A model generated the notes under the pieces. It was given only the letters and a program-made list of their open reading frames with translations. It made no database searches and was not told where the DNA came from. From Rhizaria sp. SCN 62-66 (lineage: Eukaryota), in contig MEDY01000208.1 in the NCBI GenBank assembly GCA_001724265.1, positions 62,001 through 109,353 on the forward strand: a stretch of 47,353 nucleotides of DNA. The letters are read 5' to 3'. The position numbers were made by a program, and so were the translations under genes. Positions 43,918 to 47,353 of this stretch are shown here, piece by piece. Positions within the stretch are counted from its first letter, which is position 1, and every line of letters starts with the position of its first letter.

Positions 43918-45036
43918 CCGGGATCTCTGCGGGAAACAAGGCACAGGGAAACACAATGTCCGTCAGTATACGTTTGAATAATAAATCCAAAGTTTATATA
44001 AATATATCTATAAGTGATGTTAATAATACTTCATGAATCAACGCATATGCCGCTCATGACAACTTTTTGATATGGTCAGTCGATGAGCCCATCCTGACTG
44101 TGTCGATAACCTGTCTGTGTGCGCTAGATTACGTCAATCCTGTCAGTGGCGGCACGGCTGCAGTAAATCAGGCAACAGCGCACGCCCAGACACCTGTGAC
44201 CTGCTCCGGCTCTCGCTCCGCCACAGCTGCATCAGCATCAGTTCTTGTGGCGACGCCGGTGCCGCAACTAGTTCCAGTGCAGCAGAGCACGGTGCGAGTC
44301 CTGAAATGATGGAGGCGCCGTTGGGCTGGCGTCTCTTTGCGTCGCTGGTGCCCGCCGTGTCTGGCGACTTTATTTCGGCGCCCAGTACGCTCTACGGTCT
44401 GTCCTGACAGTTTCCAAGATGCCCAGTGCGGCCACGACTGGCGGGGCGCCTGGAACCGCACGCAGGGGCTGTGGCGGGAATCGGCGGGGCTGGGGTGCAC
44501 ATGGGATCGTTCAAGGCGCTCGCGCAACCATGAAACATCCAGCAACAGCAGCACAACTACAGTCCATGATTATATCAGACTTATCTGTCTTCATATAGTA
44601 TATGTCATCCTAGCGATCGGCCACGAGTGCGGCAGGCAGAACCCAAACAACGATTTTGAGGGATATCGTACTCAGATGGCATTACGCCAACCATATTATT
44701 GTGATATCGCACGCAAAATGGATATGGCTTTAATTTATTTTGATATAGAAAGGATGGGCGTGCATTTTACTCGAGTAAATTACGATATTGCTCCCCAGAA
44801 TCCGGAAGAGCATCACTAAAACGTCATCATCGTGGCAGTGTGATCGTCAGATAGACTCTTAAGAAGAAAATTACAATTGACTCAACCGTTTTTACATTGT
44901 ACCTCTTTGTTGTATCCTCTTTTCCATCGTTTCGGTTGGGGGCCGATCATTTTTCCCTGGGTCATCCTCTACCAACCTTACCTTCGCAACTTATTGTATT
45001 ATGTGTTCGCGTTTCGCGATTTGATTAGACGCCCCC

Positions 45037-47353
45037 ATGACATCTAGGGCCTTGAGCTGCAAGATATGTGGCAAAAACATGCGGCAAACTGGCAAAAGCC
45101 GCCCACAAAGTCTTTGTCAGTTCTGTCTCAAGGTACGAAGCTTCTGTAACAAGTTTGTCAGATTCACCGGATTGTTTTTAAATCTGTCTATTTCGAAGCT
45201 GACACTGTTGGAAAATCCCACAATCTTCACTCGCGTGTGTTCTTCTATTTTCTTCTGAGCTTAGTCTGAGCTTGAGCTTCAAGATGAGTCCAGGTTACCA
45301 AACGGCACCAGCGACAAAGCCGATCTGTCCAGCACTATGAGCGGCCTAGTTGAGTTATCTCCCAACACTACTATTCATCAAAACCCAAGTGTACGTCATG
45401 CTTCTAATGTCAACCAAGACTTGTGACGCATTCTGTTTACTATCATACACCCTACAAGTCACCACCCGCTCCCCTAGGCGTAGAGCACTAACTAACAAGT
45501 TCATCTCCCCCCAATTTGCGATGAATGAATAACACGAACGATTTCTAGCGGTGTTACAAACATGACGAGCCCGTGCTTATGATTTACTGGTGCGACATTT
45601 GTGTCAGCGTCATCTGCAGCCACTGCGCACTTATTAACGGTGAACACAAAGACCACGCCATCCGCACCGTTGCCGCCAAGCATGCTGAGCTCCGCTCTCA
45701 CGCTGCCACACTTACTCCCCGCATTGCCACACTGGCACAGCAACTTAAGGATGAGATCGCACTCACCGAAGCCCTACGCACGGAGACCGAGGCCAAGCTG
45801 ACCACACTCTCAGCGACAACTGCGCAGTATTTATCCCACGCACTTGCTCCCCTGACAGCGTTGGCAAAACAACTGCGGCTCTTTCTGTCACAGCGCACCA
45901 AGCAAGAACATGATGTTCTAGCGCGGGCGCAAAACACACTTGCGAGCATGACTGGCGCCACCGATGCGCCAAGTATAACACGCCTCGGTCGGCTCCTAGC
46001 GTCACGGCCCGTCTGGCCTTTCTCAGGAAGCGTTGATCTCGATGACAGTGGACCCAAAGAGCAAGCGATCAATAATACGCTTGCCAGCACACCCTGGGCT
46101 GCTGCACGTGCTGCGTTTTAGGCAGCGACCACCGATGCAACTGCTGGATTAGTACCGCGCCAGGTCAAGTGCGAAGCTGATGTGCCACTCGCCGATTTGC
46201 TCTCTGCATCTAGCGGCGACGGCTTCGTTGCTGAGATTGGCACGGTTGAGCTGTGCGGCGTGCGTTTCACGTGCTCTGTGCGCCGCGGCTGCGGTTGCGG
46301 GGCTTCCCCGTGGATCCTGTCTCAACAGGCACAACAGGAATCGAGTGAATATAAAGCCGTTTCTGCCACATTTGTTGAGGGCACACCGTCCAGTGCAAAC
46401 GCATACGCAAGTTCAAGTCTTGCGACATCTGCGACACCTTTTTTTCAGTGCAAATGTGCGCTTGTCGGCGAGGTTACGGCGAATATTGTGTCAACAAGCC
46501 TTGCTGCAAGCTACGACGCCTGCGGAGCACGTGCTATGGCTGTCGCCAAACTGATTGAAACTGAGGACAGCGACGACGTTGAAGATGGCATTGGCAATCA
46601 AATCAAAACAAAGGAAACTGGCGAGAAGACCACGGCGACTTCTGGTTTAGTTGACTGTGGCGACGTTGTCAGTGGAAACACCTGTGAGTTTGGCACTGTC
46701 CGTGCAACCTTTACGGTGCTGCGCAATAATGGCTGCAAGAGCAGCAAAGCTCAGTCCGACGATAGCAACGCTGATAGCTCTGGTCTTGTTGGCACAATGC
46801 TGCTCACAGATATCAATAAGCGCATCACTGCTGTTGTCCTTGCACAGATGACGGACGCGCAGGCAGTGGTGACAGCGTCTACTGGTGTAAAATGGTGTGT
46901 ACGTGTCGCTGTTGCGTTCCTGGACGTTTTTCATGAGAAACGCGCGCTGCATATGCTGGCGGAAACTGTTCCGGTGGACTGGATTTTGAGGACTGAAAGT
47001 GCTGCTGCAGAGGCAGACGCAGCTGCAAAGGCTTCTGCGCAAGCCGCAGCAAAAGTCGCCGAAAGGGCAGCTTTAGAAGCGGCCTTATAGGCGCCATGGA
47101 AGTCAGTTGTACTGTCTGGTGATTGGGAGGCCGCATTTGATTCACACATTGCTTGCAGCCTAGAGGAGTGTGGGTACCCGCGTCGACAGGCAAAATTGGA
47201 GCCACGTGAGTACACCCCGTCTCCTGCTCCTGTGAGGGATCATGGAGTCCCACCTCCTGCGGCACTCACGCTACTACAAACAAAGGCTCGCGAGCGCATC
47301 CTGGCATATAGTCTGAAGCGTTTGAAGAAAGAGCACATGACATCTGATTTGGT
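45037..47353 (+). CDS. B-box zinc-finger + coiled-coil (TRIM-like) protein, 3'-truncated by the window; two in-frame TAG codons
   Basis: Exons 45037-45132, 45265-45390 and 45549->47353; both introns are GTACG...TAG in phase 0. N-terminal CKIC-x15-CQFC; B-box CYKH...WCDIC...ICSHC...HKDH followed by a helical segment. The frame is interrupted only by TAG at 46119-46121 and 47088-47090 and is open to the window end. Confidence 0.75.
45133..45264 (+). other. Spliceosomal intron (132 nt)
   Basis: AAG|GTACGA...ttttcttctgagcttag, phase 0. Confidence 0.7.
45391..45548 (+). other. Spliceosomal intron (158 nt)
   Basis: GTACGT...actaactaac...atttctag; places the first B-box Cys/His in frame. Confidence 0.8.
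46119..46121 (+). other. In-frame TAG, candidate sense codon
   Basis: GCG TTT TAG GCA GCG ACC; the same frame is open for 322 further codons. Confidence 0.7.
47088..47090 (+). other. In-frame TAG, candidate sense codon
   Basis: GCC TTA TAG GCG CCA TGG; the frame is open for 87 further codons to the window end, with no shift to AT-rich UTR composition. Confidence 0.6.

Noticed and set aside
44130-44420. RNase P/MRP RNA next to the Alba (Rpp25-like) gene
   Set aside because: The GGAAACUGUCAG/CUGACAG pairing lacks the bulged-U P4 and the conserved CR-V signature.
1-47353. CRISPR arrays, tRNA/rRNA genes, transposons, prokaryotic operons
   Set aside because: None seen; all repeats are coding low-complexity tracts and the gene structure is spliceosomal.

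Overview
Gene-dense eukaryotic (probably protist) nuclear DNA. Exons are GC-rich, while introns and spacers are short and AT-rich. I reconstructed about 11 genes by hand: an uncharacterised helical protein, a Gln-rich protein with an 18-aa GLF...EQHxWG repeat, a jelly-roll domain protein, FAHD1, a MORN + SHIPPO repeat protein, two head-to-tail Ala-rich coiled-coil ORFs that may splice into one ~4,250-aa protein, a polyQ WNK kinase, an RS domain-UBL5/Hub1 fusion, an Alba-domain protein and a B-box protein. The main finding is that TAG appears to be a sense codon. Four in-frame TAGs (5515, 9135, 46119, 47088) sit inside otherwise continuous coding sequence in two unrelated genes, and all ten observed gene ends use TAA (7) or TGA (3). 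This points to a non-standard nuclear code with UAG reassigned, or to UAG editing or readthrough. Two further patterns stand out. All nine reconstructed introns start with GTACG, and most start codons are preceded by a pyrimidine tract + YAG with no nearby donor, as expected under spliced-leader trans-splicing. No database searches were run; family calls come from recognising motifs.
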